A stretch of DNA of 64,000 bases from a virus. Its lineage: Duplodnaviria > Caudoviricetes. The DNA lies in the IMG/VR virus record IMGVR_UViG_3300028888_000078, positions 39,415 to 103,414 of that record; one strand, 5' to 3'. The notes under the pieces are model-generated. The model ran no database searches. It was not told the DNA's origin and saw nothing but the letters and a program-made list of their open reading frames with translations. The position numbers and the translations under genes were made by a program. Each line of letters begins with the position of its first letter. Positions within the stretch are counted from its first letter, which is position 1. This document shows, piece after piece, positions 12,701 through 27,085 of this stretch.

Positions 12701-15700
12701 ATGCGCTCCAATTCCAATCTGACCAATTCAAATCCATCAAGCTACGATTTATCTTTATCACCAAGAGACATTCCTCCAACGTATCTAAACATTGGATCTG
12801 TTGACGCGATATTTTTTACAGTTCCTGCTTCTATCTACTTTTGCACTTCAAACAACATTTGAAGACGCTGATTGAGATTATAAGTGTTGCCGTTATTATC
12901 AACAAACGTTATTGCGTCATAAAAATACCTGAATTTTCCACCGTTTCCAGAGAAATCTAATCTTCCATCCTTAACATTTCCGTGATAATTTTCTACTCTA
13001 AGATTAGAATTTTTTACAATTCGTTTTACGTTCTTGGGATCGTAATAAGCAATAACTGCTTCTAATTCATCTTGCATATAATCAGCAAGTTTTGTTAGAG
13101 TATCATCACTATATTTCCTAAGACCGATTCCTTGTTGATAATCATTATATAAATCTTTTGCAGCTTCATCGATAATTTTTTTGTATTCAGAATTAGGATC
13201 AAGATGCTTGTACCAAGTTCTTGCATCATACTGCCAATCTGACAATTCTTTTTCTCCGTCTGGTTTAGAATGCTCTTTTGCGTATGCGTCATATATTACA
13301 GGATTTAATACTGTTCTATATGGCGTAAATAATATTGCATCATGACACAATTTAAGACTCTTATGTGATATAGAATACCACGTCTTTTTATCAGCCATTG
13401 TCGGAAGAACAATCTGATCTCTTTCTAGCATCTATAACTTTGCAAGATAGTCTTCGATAGGCGTTATTCCGAAATAATCAGCGCCAATATTTCTATTTCC
13501 ATCCTTTATACCAACGAACGCATTTAGTTTGAAGTGAGAGTTTAGATCAACCGGATCCGTATCGTTTTGAGCAATATCTAGCAGCATACTATGTCCGCAA
13601 TATTTAGACTTTTGCATTCTTGCACCAAACTTCTTACCGTCTATCGACAACTTTCTTACTCTATCCGATACAAAACTATTACTAGATATAGGATATATAG
13701 TATTTCCGCTCGGATCCTTAACAGAGAATTGTCTTGCAGACGGATGGACTATATTCATAGATGCCGCAAATCTGTATATACTAGAAGATTCATCATCGGC
13801 AAATCCGTGGAACAGTTTGTCTAAACTATGTGCTCTAGTATCACCACCAAACTTAATAAAGTCTTCCTTATCGGCCTTACTTCCTGCTTCTATAATCGCA
13901 TCTATTACACGAGGAATAGTATTCTATGGAAGCTCTTTATCTTTTTGTTTACCTTTTACAATAATCTTTTCAGTCTTTGCGAATTGAGAATTTATTACTT
14001 GGAGTTGTTCTTGAATGGACGGATTTTGTTTTTCTAATGTCTATTTTATAAACTCCTAGATAACATCTTCATCTGCTGTTATACCTATTTCGCTATAAAG
14101 ATCTACAATAAGAGGAATTATAGTACCTCGCATTGCCTTGTTCAGCTGTTTATTATCCAACAATGCGTTGTTTGTACATTCGGATAACTTCTTTCTTATA
14201 TTGTCAATTTTATCTTTTAGACGTTTTGCATAAACAGAAGACACTGTGTTTTTAGAACCTTTGATGTCTATCAAGCCTTGTCCTGTTATAGACTACGACC
14301 ACTCTCGTATGGTGTTTTTATTGGCTTCTAGAGTATTATCATTAGACAGTTTCCAATCTCTCTACCGATCTGCGACAGACGTATTTGATACAATATCTCC
14401 GCCGACATCGTCCATACTATCAAGACCGACTCCGTAATCATCATAATCAACAGCGTTTCTTCCCTCGGGGTCATAAAGCGTTAGGAACGATACTTGCGGT
14501 TTGTTGCTGTTTACAGTAGCAAATAATTGACTTTTTAAGATAGTGTTTTGGAATTTAGAAGAATCGATACCGTTTAACTTCTGTAGCAATGCGTAGAAGA
14601 AAACGTTTCCTTTAGAAAGTCTTTCTACCATTCCCATCATAGACGTATCAAGATACTTACCATCTTTATCAACAGCATCTATTGATTCGCACAACCATAA
14701 CTTATCTGTAATTTGATTCCATGCGTTGGAGTATGTCCACATCTCTTCGTTGCCGTAATCGTCATACTTCTAAGTATACGTTATGTTTCCATCATCATCG
14801 ATCTCTCTTTGAAGAATTGGGATTTGCTTCATAAACAGCTTTGTTCTAATAGAAGCATTATCTTTTTTCGATACAGAAAGATCAAATACGTCCCAAGTAT
14901 TATCCGGCTTTTCTTCTTTTTCGTCTGCTTCCAGCTCTTTATTTGAGTCTAATTCCTCAAGAGAACTTGCATTATTGTCAATTAAGCGTTTTGCTTTATC
15001 AAGATCCTTTATTTTGCGTATTTTGAATGAAAGTCCTAACTCTTCAAAATACTCAGAAATTGATTGTTTTATTCTGTCTGGATTGTTCAAAACCTCTCTG
15101 AGTATATTTTTATTCTCTTCGAGTATATCGGTAGATGTTTCAACCCAGTCAGACAAATACTTCTATATATCACTAACAAGGGTTCCTGATATACGTTTAA
15201 GATCTTTTTCGGTATCCAGCTTCTAAGAATGTATAAAATGCTTTGCCAATGCTGCAGAGGCGTCCATTAACTACTGATGATCTACTATATATTGGAAGTT
15301 TTCATCTTCTTCTTCAGATAGCGTAGGAACATAATATCCTATCTAGAAAACGCCACCTTTCTTGTGATATGCGTTGTGGAATTCTTTTATGGATTCTTTG
15401 CTAATAGGAGTTCCTTTGTATGCACCATTGCGAATTTGTTTGAATACATTTTTATACAAATGTTTGTTCCTAAATATAAAAATAGTATCCATTACATTGT
15501 TGAACATTCGTAGAATAGATCCTTTTATAGATTTATCTTCCTCTAGTTCAATCCATTTACGGAAATCTTCTGCCAAAAGTTCTTCGACTTCTCCGTATTT
15601 TGGATTTTTGTGCTTTAACCATGGATGACTATTTAAATAGGCTTTGTATATAGCAATACGAGTCTGTTCGTCGTGTATAAGAAGGTTTACATAGTGCCAT

Positions 15701-18700
15701 GCTTCGTGATATTGCGAACCATGACCACCGCGCTTACTGAGCCCGATATATCCAAACAACTCTCCTGTAATAGTATTTACTGCGGCGTCAACGACACCGA
15801 ATACTTCAACATCATCTACTGCAGATTTAATACCGTTCATTACCATCACGTTGGCTGGATCTATGCCTAACGTATCAGCAAGCCACTTTCTAGCACGTTC
15901 TTCGTTAAATTTTCCTTTAGATTTATTCTTTTGAAATACACCAGTAACGCCTTTTATGAAATAATTTCTGTCTTGAACTGCCACCTTCCTAACATTCTTG
16001 TCATGCGCTTCGGAACTTTTTACCGAATCGATACGAATGTGTGTTTTTCCAGTATTCTTGTTCTTATAGAAAGTTGCTATTTCAACCGCATCTTTTTGCA
16101 TTTGCCTAGAAGAATACTTCAATGTATTATCTTCTACTATATCTGCTTTAGAAAGATTTGTTTTGTATTCTTTGTTGTATTTATCTATTAAAGCCTGAAC
16201 AGCGGCATCGTGCATTTGACTATCAATCTTATTCAGATCGTCGTCATTTTCTTCATCGATAAGCTCTCCTATTTCATTAGCATATTCCATAATGTCGTCC
16301 ACTGTACGATCTTCTAACAGTATAGCCTCCAAGATGTCGTTTTCTTTAACGTCTACTCTATCTAAAAATTTACTATTACGAGCTTCTGTACTCAAAAGAA
16401 AATTAGTAAGCTTTTCTAATTTTTCTTTAATTGCCTGTTTGCTTTTTTCAAAGATTATACCAGATTCTCTTACAGCTATCGGCAATTTAGAAATGATACG
16501 CTGTTGCTTCTTTTCATCATAAAACGTATTTTCGTCAGAAGGTGTCAAATCTGTACTTATCTCTGGTTTAGTGTCTACCGATATACCAGTTTTCCTGGAC
16601 GCTTTTTGCTCTGGTTTATTTTCCTTTGGCGTTTTTACACCGTTTGCAAACACAAATGGAGCTTTAAATACATCTTCGCCAACATTAGTCTTTATATGTC
16701 CGGCTTTTATCATCCATGCAAGAATAGATCCTTTTCTTGGTTTAAGACTAGCAAGATTCCTAGCAGATCCAGAATCCGGCATTGTGTAGAAATCTCCTAT
16801 TCTGAATGATAATTGAGGGCATCCCATAATAGACACTTCACTGTTTAGATATTGTTCTGGCGTCATATCATTGAATCTGCCAGACTCGGCGTCTTTTGTA
16901 ATAAGATGTCTGATTAATGCTCCCAACGGACTGGTTTGTATAGCAACTGACGCAGATTCTTGGAATGTAGCAGCGTCTGTATTCCAGTGCATTTGTTCTG
17001 ATATGGCCTATACAATATACTGTCTCAAATCTTCGTTCTGCATGATTTGGTCTTTTGTAAACTGCATAAGTCTATAACTACCATCTTCAGCTACTACAAA
17101 CCCATCGCTTATATTGTCACAAATGCGTTTTAATTCAGAAGTTTGTTTAAGTCCTATATTAAACATCCACGTATCATCTGATACAACACGTCTTGTTTGT
17201 TTTGATCCGTTTTCAAGAGTTATCGTCTCTGTAGAAACAGAAGGTCCAAAATATAACTGTTTTGCAGCAAGATTATTTAAAAGTCCGTCTTTTGTTTGAG
17301 GCTATGTTTCGAGAAGAGTACCTGCATCTTCGTTTATAAATAAAGGAACGAGTGATTTGATATCTGCAAATCCAGGAAGAACATTTTCGCCAAGAATCAT
17401 ATAAAGCAAAACTTCAGCAGCACTTGGTCTATACTTATCGTCAGCTACTTCTAAATTTCCACCTATTTTGTTGATTAACAGCTTTATTTTGTTTCCGCCT
17501 CCTCTAGAAGAAACAGTTTCTAATCCGCCTTTATCTGCCTGTCTGTGTTGTATATCAAATTTTTCTTCGCCGAGCATAATCGGAACCTATCCTTTGCCCA
17601 TAAGCGAATTTACTATCCAATACAATTTACCAGACATTCCTCCGTCTTCAAAGAACACGCGTTCCTCTTGTCCTAATACATGGCCAAAAGAAACAATAGA
17701 CATTGCTCCTGAAAGTTTCGCCCGTTCACCTTTACCTACTCCTATTATAAGTTGTTCTTTGTCTAGTAATTCTTGTATATCGTCTATAGAAGAATCCTCA
17801 TCTTCTATTGTCCTGAATATTGGAATTCCTCCTTTAGTAAACTGGCTATTTATTTTACCGTTACTTTGCGTTACACTCGCAGGTGTCACAACACCTATTT
17901 TTGGACTGCTTGGAAATACATAATTGTCTCCATCCTTATCTAAGTATGCGTTTATTATAGCATCTCTGTTTGCCTTAAGTTTGCGTATCTCGTCTTCTAT
18001 TTGAGATTCTGTAAATATTGTTTTTGACTGTTTAGAGAAGTATTGCCTGGCCGCATCTTTAAAATAAGAATGTTCCTGATCCCATATAGCTTTTCTGTTG
18101 TTATACGCTTCTTCAGATTCTCCACGTTCTCTTTGGATAGAATCCCATTCTTTTTCTGCGCGAGCCTTTGCTTTAGAATCGTCTCTACGCAATGACTGTT
18201 TTTCAAGAGAATATCGTTCCTTGGCGTAATCGTTTATGGCTTTGTTGTATGCTTTTGTTACTTGTTCTCTATAATAGGCGAGTTTTGTCTCATAATCTTT
18301 ATCAGAATCATCTGCTTTTCTTACAGGAATTTTTATATCCAATCCAGAATATGCGATAACTCTAGCAACGTCCATATTTTTGAGCAACAGCCAATGTTTT
18401 AGTGCGTCTTTTCGACTTATGTGATACTGTTTTGGGTTACCGTCTCTTCCTTTATTCTTTGTATCGATCGACAAAATATCGCCCAATGATCTAAATACAG
18501 TAGCGTATGACGCGTCTTTGTCTTCTATTATAAGAGCAACAGTAAATGCATCAGTATCATTTGGGTCTACATTCTTTGAAACCTCGGCCTATGTTACAAC
18601 ATAATAAGTAGAACAAGATTGAAGCCATGTAGGACTCAATAACTTTTTCGCAAGTTCTGCGCCAGGACGAAGAGGCTTTCCGTTGAATTCTGTGATTTGC

Positions 18701-21700
18701 TTCCCGTTCACAGTGAGTTTTAGTGGCGTAGACTCTTCATCAAATTTGTAAAAACACGTCTACCACACAAGATTCACAGGAACATCTCCAACAATGTCGT
18801 CTATATTTTTATCAGACATATCCATAGTCTCATCTGGAGTAAGAGGCGTGTCTTCAGCTTTATTCATATTATCAAACTGTTGCCGTACTTTTCGCTCTTC
18901 TTCTTCTCCGAGCACCTCACCATCGACGTCAAGTATGCCAGTTTCTTCGTCTTCATGTATTAAACCGTAAGTTATAGCATCTTCCTCAACATAAGTAGGA
19001 TCTTCTGGGACTTCTACTTCATTTGGATCGATGTCAATTCTATCAGGCTCATCCTCTTCTCCTATAAATTCGGGCACATCTTCTTCGCCAATAGCGTCTT
19101 CTGCATCATCTATGTTTGAAGAATCAACGTCATCAGGCAGAGGGACAACCTCTTCTCCTTCGCCGACAATTGGTTCTGGATCAGTTATTGGCTCTTCCGA
19201 CGCATTTTTATCCTCTTCTTCATGGAGTTCTTCTACAGCAGTCTCTTTGGTTTTGTTCTCTATTACAGAAGCCTCGGATTCACCATATTCCTCTTTATCC
19301 TTTTGCTTCTACTGCTTTCGCTCGTCAAGAAGTTCTTTTTCAGTTTTCTTTTTTCTTCCGCTTTCGTGATAAAAATCCTTTCTAAGCTATTGTTCAGCCT
19401 GACTTGGGGTATCTGTTCCTTCTTGTGTAGTACGCTCAATCTTCTCTTCCTCTGCAACAGGCTCTTTTGCAGATTCTTCTTGCGTAACTATAGGTCTACG
19501 AGATTCTTGTTCTGCTTGTCTGTGAGCTATTTTGCGTCTTTCTAGCTATTCATCAATTCGAGAATCAATAAGTTTCCATGCTGCATCTTTAGACATTTGT
19601 TTTAAATCTTTATACAAAATTTCATCTGTATATTGATCTTTTTCAGCAGTACTTAACGCATTATATTCATCGAGCCTTTTCTTATACGAAGCTGCATTTT
19701 CATCAAGTATTGTATTTTCTGCACCATATCCAAAGATGGCAGTTTTCAAACTTTCGGGATTTGCCTAAATTGTAGTATATGCGGCCATAACGGTAGCCTA
19801 AGCGGCTCTTATTGCTTGGTTTAATGCATAGTCCGCATATAATTTTTGATACTCTGCGTCGTCATCAAATTTATAATCCTCTCCAAAAACCTCTTTATAG
19901 TTTGTATCATTCCCAACAAGATGTTTTTCTTGTTCTTTTAGATGTTCGAGCTGTGTTTGATAATGCTTTACCCAACCTTGCACTTTCGAAGGATCTACAT
20001 CAAGACCTGTCATATAACGAACTTTTTCCAAAGCCGCAGCTTGATCTTCTGCCCACTTCATATTGTCCATTACAGCCTGCATCTTCTTATATTGATGCAT
20101 AATCCTTATCCGGCGCTCTATAAATTCTTTCTTGGATATAGGTTTTAAAGATTCTTCATACGCACCCTTAAGAATTTCATCACGTTCTGTTTTATCTTCG
20201 GCGTTCCATATATTATCTAGATCGCCAAGCCATGGTTTTATATGCGGTTTATTTGAAGAAACCCAATCACGAACGTAACGATTGTTTCTAAAACTTCTTT
20301 CGTCTTTTATACTATCTGTAAACTTCTTTTCTTGATCGGGATATAACATATTGTAGAGATCTTTGAGCTTACCATTCTATACTATCCGATTGGCCATTAC
20401 TCTAGCAGCAGATGGCTGCACTTTGCTTTCCCCTTTATGTTTGCTGCCGCGCTTCTTTTTCTTATAGTTGTGTTTGATATCCTCGTCGACACCAAACTTT
20501 TCTATTGCGGATTTACCGACTTTTTTATAAAGATCCTCTCCGTTTGTTATTCCTTTTGACCATTCGTCGAAAGAAACATTAGGCTAATTACTGTGCTCTT
20601 TTAGATAGGTTCGATATGATTTGTTAAATCGATCAATCATGTCGGCAAAGTGCGGATTTGACATCATTATTTGCCTCTTATCGCCAACAGAAAGATCTTC
20701 GTCGAATAAAGACGACAGTAACTCGAGATGTTTTTCTTGCATCTAATCGAGTTTTGTTTTTTGATCATCAAGAAGCTCAGAACTTTTATGATAATCCATG
20801 ATAGCAGTAGCGCCATCTCTAAGATACTGTCTATATCGATCGCTATCTTTTTTAATGCCGCGCTTCTTCATTTCTTTGTTTATGTTTTCGTCATCAAACA
20901 AAGTCCACGTTGCGGTCATAAGTTTTATATCGTCTTCAATAAACTCTTTCTTTACAGTATCTGTTACCCTATCGTATTCGTCCTTTGTATATCCAGTTGC
21001 CGCCTTAAATTCATCATCGCTTAGAATATTCTTTGCGTATTGAACAGCTAACGTGCGTTTTTCTCCTGTACTTGGATCCGTTATTGTTATTGGTTGAGTA
21101 TTATCGATAGCTTTTGCTAATGTGGACAACGATTCAACAAGGTTTGCATGAGTAGCACCTCCCATAAACCTATCATAGAACATATCAATATGGGTCTGAT
21201 CTTGCAGTGTTTTTTGTTGATCCGCAAGAATTCTTACGGCGACGTTATCGCTTCTAAGTTGTCTAGCAAGGCCGCGTATATTATCAGAAGACGGTTGTAT
21301 GATATTTCCAAATGAATGAAACAATTTGCTTTGAACTAACGAAGACCAGAATCCAATATTCATAGCTTTTGTTAAATTTTTGTCTCCGTTGTTGGCATCC
21401 CAAAAACCCAAACCAAAATAATCGGCAACGGCTGTAGCAGCAAGGCCATTATTCATAACAAACTCGTTGACGTCAAACATAGACGTCTCTTTGTTATAAT
21501 CATCGTATTCTCCGCGATTAAAACGTTCTTGTAACAAATGCTGCTGTCCTTCTTCCACCGATTCTATCGCTCCTGTAGCTGCGATCTTTGTTGCTTGATT
21601 CTTTGCAAAGTTTGCAATATGTTTAGTATATAAAGCAGCTTTTGCTTTATTCTAATCAACAAATCTTTTTACAGCCTTGTTTACAGTAACATCAAATATT

Positions 21701-23430
21701 CCGTCAACACGATTAGTCATGTCTTCTGCATATTTGAAATTCATTACTTTAGAATCTGGAGCATATAACGTAGTTCTAAGTTTTTGTCCTAGCGTTTTTT
21801 CTCCAATATACAAATTGTCTCTAACAAACCTTCCAGGAACTTTTAACGCCTTTACAACATCTCCAAAATAACTCATATACGGAATCGATTCAGCCCAATC
21901 CATAATTCCAAGAGCGTTGTTGGCGTTTATAAGTTTATTGATACCAGCCCTTGCTGATTTCTTTGCATTTTCGAATTCTTCACCAGCATAAACATCTAAT
22001 ACAATACCAAGTTTCCAAAGCTGTCCTTCATCCAAAGATTCCACATCAATCCCAGCAGCAGAACCCTGCTGGCGTATCGTATCTAATATCTGTTCAGGAT
22101 CTCCGCCGAGCTACTAAGCCAATTTACCAGTGCGTTCACCTATAGCCTATATTGCCTCTAGGGCAGTTTCATCTTTTCTGCTAGCCAATGCCGCACCAAC
22201 GCCTGCGGCAATGTCTGTAGCAGTAAGGGCTACACCTAGACCCGGTATCTTTTTTATAAAAGCCTCAGGCAAACGTCTTATTGCTGCATCTACTCCCATT
22301 GCGCCAATTTGATATTTCATCATATCAAGAGACGATGCTATGTCTGCGATCGCATAAAATGGATGAACGAATGCTCCAAAGATGCTTCCGTTTTGAAAAT
22401 CTTCTCTCCCAAGCTTCCAATCTTGACTTATTGCATTCTTGTCATAAAGATTATTTATGCCAAAAATCCTACCTTGTTTTAAGTCATCCTACTCTTCTTT
22501 TATATTTTCTATTCCGGAATTAATATCTCGCAACGTGTCGCTATATTTCTATTCTAAATCTTTATCAACGTTTCCTATTTTCGAAAGATCCTACCCTAGA
22601 TATAACGCATCTATTGCGCTATCCCCGTCCTAAGCTATATTTTGAAGATAATCTCGAATTGCAGTAGCATTACTCCTTTCATCGTCAGTGGCTTTATGAT
22701 ATACATCTTTTAATTCTCCATAAGCGCCAGACATGATTTCTCCAAGGACGCCGGCTGGTTTTGCAAATAGATTTGCAGTACCTTCTATAGCAGAACCAAC
22801 AAGACCAGCAAGAGTTCCATGTTTATACCAATCTATTCCTACTCCACTATTGTTCCATCCGCGTTTAATCGCTTCCCACGGCAACCATACATTAGCAGAA
22901 TTAATGCGAGCACCGTCGTACATGTTTTCTGCTATTACTTTGTGAGTACGCCCTTCTCCTTTAAAATAATCATCTAGATCTTGAATTTGAGAATTCAATA
23001 TATCTAGTTGATTCTTCATGTTCATAGTATCTTCTCTAGACCATTCTGAAATAGACGGATCGTTGTTTATCTTATCCAGGAGGGCGTCTCTAGATCTTAT
23101 TAGACTTAGATAACGTTGTATGTGTTCTAAATCTTCTTTATCTTGTTTTAGATCAAGTACGTTCGCTTCTGCCGCATCAATGTCCTGTTGGTCCATTTCT
23201 TGATTTATAGAATTCCATAAATCGGAAATATTCTATTTCGTAGAGTTCCACGCAGAAGAAAGGAACCCTTCATCATCTTGATGAAGAGATTCCGTTACAA
23301 CTGGGTCATCTAGATTACTTACTATAGTAGATCTATCGTAGCTGCGAAACAAATCACGCCTGTTTTTATTCGCCTATATCTGCTACTGTTCGTACTATTT
23401 TAACTATTTATCTAAGTCTTCGTATTTCAT
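6706..23430 (-). CDS. Giant virion RNA polymerase protein (~5574 aa, TAG=Gln)
   Basis: ATG 23430, TAA 6706-6708. 21 track fragments share one frame and each ends in TAG; gaps I read had no TAA/TGA. Catalytic TGSDYDVDK (10333-10347), YRIPTQG, SQIDTKKFG, and zincin HEAWH (15694-15708). Confidence 0.9.
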
Positions 23431-23432
23431 AA

Positions 23433-25259
23433 TTAAATATCCATGTCGTCAATATCACTCTCTTCGTAGCCGCCCTAACGTTTTCCAGCAAGACTTTTTG
23501 TTAAAGAATGAGAGTCGTGATACATATCTATCTGAGAATCATTAAATGCTCTGGAATCAATTGTTCTAGACACTGGTATATATACCCATTTTTTAATAGC
23601 AAATACATTTTTATTATTTTCACTATCGTATGTCTTATCGTATTGATCCTTTATTGTTGCGCCAATTTGTTTTAAAACTGCGTCAAGATTTCCTTTAAAT
23701 CCTTCAAGGTCACTATATTTAACCCTAACGGTAGTGTTAATATCCCACAATCCTTCATTTTGTCCGTATTGTAGATGATTTACACTGATATGATCTGTAT
23801 TTACAAGATGTCCAGATACACCGTTGCGTTCCATATAATCCTACAACTTGGCAGATTGACTTCCTTTTGTATATTGTAATCCTGCGTATGTAACCTGTCT
23901 TGCCTTTGTAAAGTTAAGTGATCCATCTGGAGCAAAGCTAACTGGTCTACGTTTTACGGAATTAATATCGCCAATGGGTTCTGCAGGATTCAAACCAGCT
24001 GCTAGTGCTATTGCCGTATTCCTATCATCACCTTCAACAGCAGTCTAATGAGCCCTATAATTCATAGCAACTAAACTTCTGCTATCGTCTCCCATTCCGT
24101 AATTACCAAGAGCCTATTTATTTTTATCCATTCTTGCGGATATCTAAGCTTCTGTTGGATTTTTTATACCTTCTGCAATAAGCTGCTATTTTGCTCCAGA
24201 TATCGTAGAACCTTTTCTAACAGTTTCTAACTTCTTAGAATAATCCTCGTAAGCTTTTCCGCTAGCCATTACTCCAACGCGTTGACGATAAGTCCAACCT
24301 CTGCCTTGAGTCTTTTGCTTGTTTTCTTCTATTTGTTCTTTTATTGCAATCTCTCGTTCTTTTAAATCAAGCTACTTGCGTTTAAGTTCCAACGTTTGAT
24401 CGTTATAATAATCCTTTCTATCTCTACTCAATGGTGTCATTATTTGGCTATCCGCAGCAACAGCATTCTATACAAATTGCTCATTTATCTATGCTTCTGT
24501 TGGATTAGATATACCAGCTGCCTGTAATTGTTGTTTTGCAACTTCTTTATAATACTAATATCCAGGCATTCCGATGAGTCCTGGTAAATTATCTCTCATG
24601 GCACGCTCCATATCTGCTTTTGTTACACCGGTATATTCGTATGTCGGGTCATATTCTGCACCAACCCTACTGATAGCTTCTTCTCTAGACAGCAAATGTG
24701 GTTTAATGTTAATAAAAGAAGGATGTACAAGTTCTTGAAACGATGTTGCTTCTACCGGAGAAGGTCTATCCCACATACGTATTCTTCCAGTATTCGGATC
24801 TATTGTGGAAAAATTACCAAATTGAGTGCCGCCATTCTATACTATATCAAATAACTCTTGTGCTTCACTATATTTACCAGCAGCTCTAAGTTTCGCAGCA
24901 GCATCCAAATAAGCATAACCAACCTTTGCGTTCTATCTAGCAGAGTTGTACCACAACGGATCTATAGAATGGCTAAGCTACGATACTAACATTCTTCCTT
25001 CTGGGCTCTTAAATAAGTCTATACCTCTAGCATAAGCATCATTTACCGTCTGACGTACATTATTCATAGCCGCACCATAAACTTTCATATCCTCAGCAAA
25101 AGGACTCATAAAATCTCCATATGTCTTATAGAAGTTCTCCATCTAAACTTGTCCTTTATCGTACATATCCTTAGCTGCTTCTATAGCCATCTTCATTACT
25201 GCTGTATCGTATAGATCCTTTGTAGGCATCTATACATAATCATCATATGCATATGTCAT
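23433..25259 (-). CDS. Putative cargo/ejection protein (~608 aa, TAG=Gln)
   Basis: ATG 25259 (MTYAYDDYVQMPTKDLYD), TAA 23433; joins fragments 24555-24776 and 23475-23834; sits directly upstream of the RNAP gene. Confidence 0.75.
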
Positions 25260-25261
25260 AA

Positions 25262-27085
25262 TTATCCAATAGTAATTCCAAGTCTTTTTCTCTACGCCAA
25301 AGGAATACCGCCAATATACCTACGTATGTCATCATCCGATCCATATACAGGATCCGTTGGGTCATTGTACATTGGGTAATAACCTATTCCTCTAGTTGCC
25401 TAATTCTGCATCCAATTTGCATTACGTTTTCTCAAATCCATATCATCTCTATACAACGCCATAGTATCGTTAAATTGTCTACGCTTAAACTCATTAGCTT
25501 GATATTGCTGTATTTGACTAAGCATATTAGCTATACCTGTTTGTATACCTCTATTACGTGCAGCATGTGCTTTGCTATAGTAGTCAAGATCCCACTGATT
25601 AGCTGCCATTCTAGCCTGTCTAGATGCTTGTCCTGCATTAATAGCAGCCTGAGCATAGTTAGCTCTATAAGCATTATTCTGTTGCTGTATATTAGACAAA
25701 AGGTTAGATATGTTGTTCTGTGTAGTATTAAGATTAGCTAATCTAGCTGCTGTACGTTGACTACCACTCAATCCTCCTGCAATATCAATAGCTCTATTGG
25801 TTCTAGCTTCTGCATTACGTAGTTGTTGTGTAATAGGATAAGGATTAATTCTAAGCCCAGCAAGTGTAGTAAGACCTTGTAATTCGTACGGATTAGCAAC
25901 ATATGTATGCGGATAATATGGCGTACTGTTCTTAGCATCAATATATTGCGCGAGACTTGCTATACTTCCTAATGCCGAAGGTATCGCATTGCCCAACCAA
26001 CCTTCTGCACATTTCGGAAGCCTTCCGTTTTTATATGCAGGATTGCCAAACATCTTCATCATTTCCTCAGCACCTTCTATATCTCCAGTACGCCAAGCAT
26101 AATCAGAAAGTCCATGTTTGTTTGTAATAACAGTATCACTATCACTAAGAGAAGCAAGTTTCCCATCTTTGTTGTTCTTTAAGCCGGGAACTCTATACAT
26201 TGTACCTGTATATTTGTTAGCTATAACTTCTCCGTTAGATACACGTGCTGTAGCTTCTCCTAAAGCCTAACCGAACGATGTTGATACTTTTCCTATGTCA
26301 AATTTAGGAAGTTTTCCATTAGCATGACCGAATAACGATTGAGAATATTGATCGCCGTATTCTTCTGCATCATTTAATTGCAGGGCTGTACCTATTGCTC
26401 CATTGCGTTCAGCATTGTTTCTTGCATTCATATACAATGCAGCTTTGCGTTCATTTTCCTCTTGCTTATTTGCACTAAATATTTCTCCTAATCCACTTCC
26501 TATTAAACCAACCGCTCCACCGACAACAGCTCCCCATGGTCCTGCGACAGAACCCATTGCTGCGCCAGACGCAGTTGCACCAGCTACATTTCCTAGTGCA
26601 CCACCTTTGTATCCAGGCAGTTTACCGTCTTTTGCTTTTAACATTCTAGTCCATCCGATACCGGCTGTGGTAGCAGATGTGGGTTTATATTGAGCTTCTA
26701 TATCATTTACGCTATCGTAGTTTGTCCAACTGTTGTGTAAACTTCCAATTAATCCTGGTGCAGCAGACGCTGCTGTTTGTATATTACCAACGTTTATGCC
26801 TTTTGCTATCTTTTTTGTTTCTGTACTCTAATATGGAATATCTTTTCTTGATGCAAGTTGTCCGGCTGCACTCATTCCTGCAGTATCAAAGTTTCCACGT
26901 GTTGGTAAAATCGAAGTATCTACTGCCCCGGCTACATTTTTATTTCCAGAATTATATTGTTGTAGATTATCCATCCACTACATAATATTATTCTGATAAT
27001 CATCAGAAGATGTTAGTCCACCAGAAAACCCAGGTAATTGTCCGGTGTTGTTTATAAATTTATAATCTTTCTTTGTTAACTCCAT
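25262..27085 (-). CDS. Cargo protein 1-like ejection protein (~607 aa, TAG=Gln) with glycine-zipper hydrophobic segments
   Basis: ATG 27085 (MELTKKDYKF), TAA 25262; follows the muzzle gene; GALGNVAGATASGAAMGSVAGPWGAVVGGAVGLIGSGLG and A/Q/N-rich helical C-terminal half. Confidence 0.75.
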
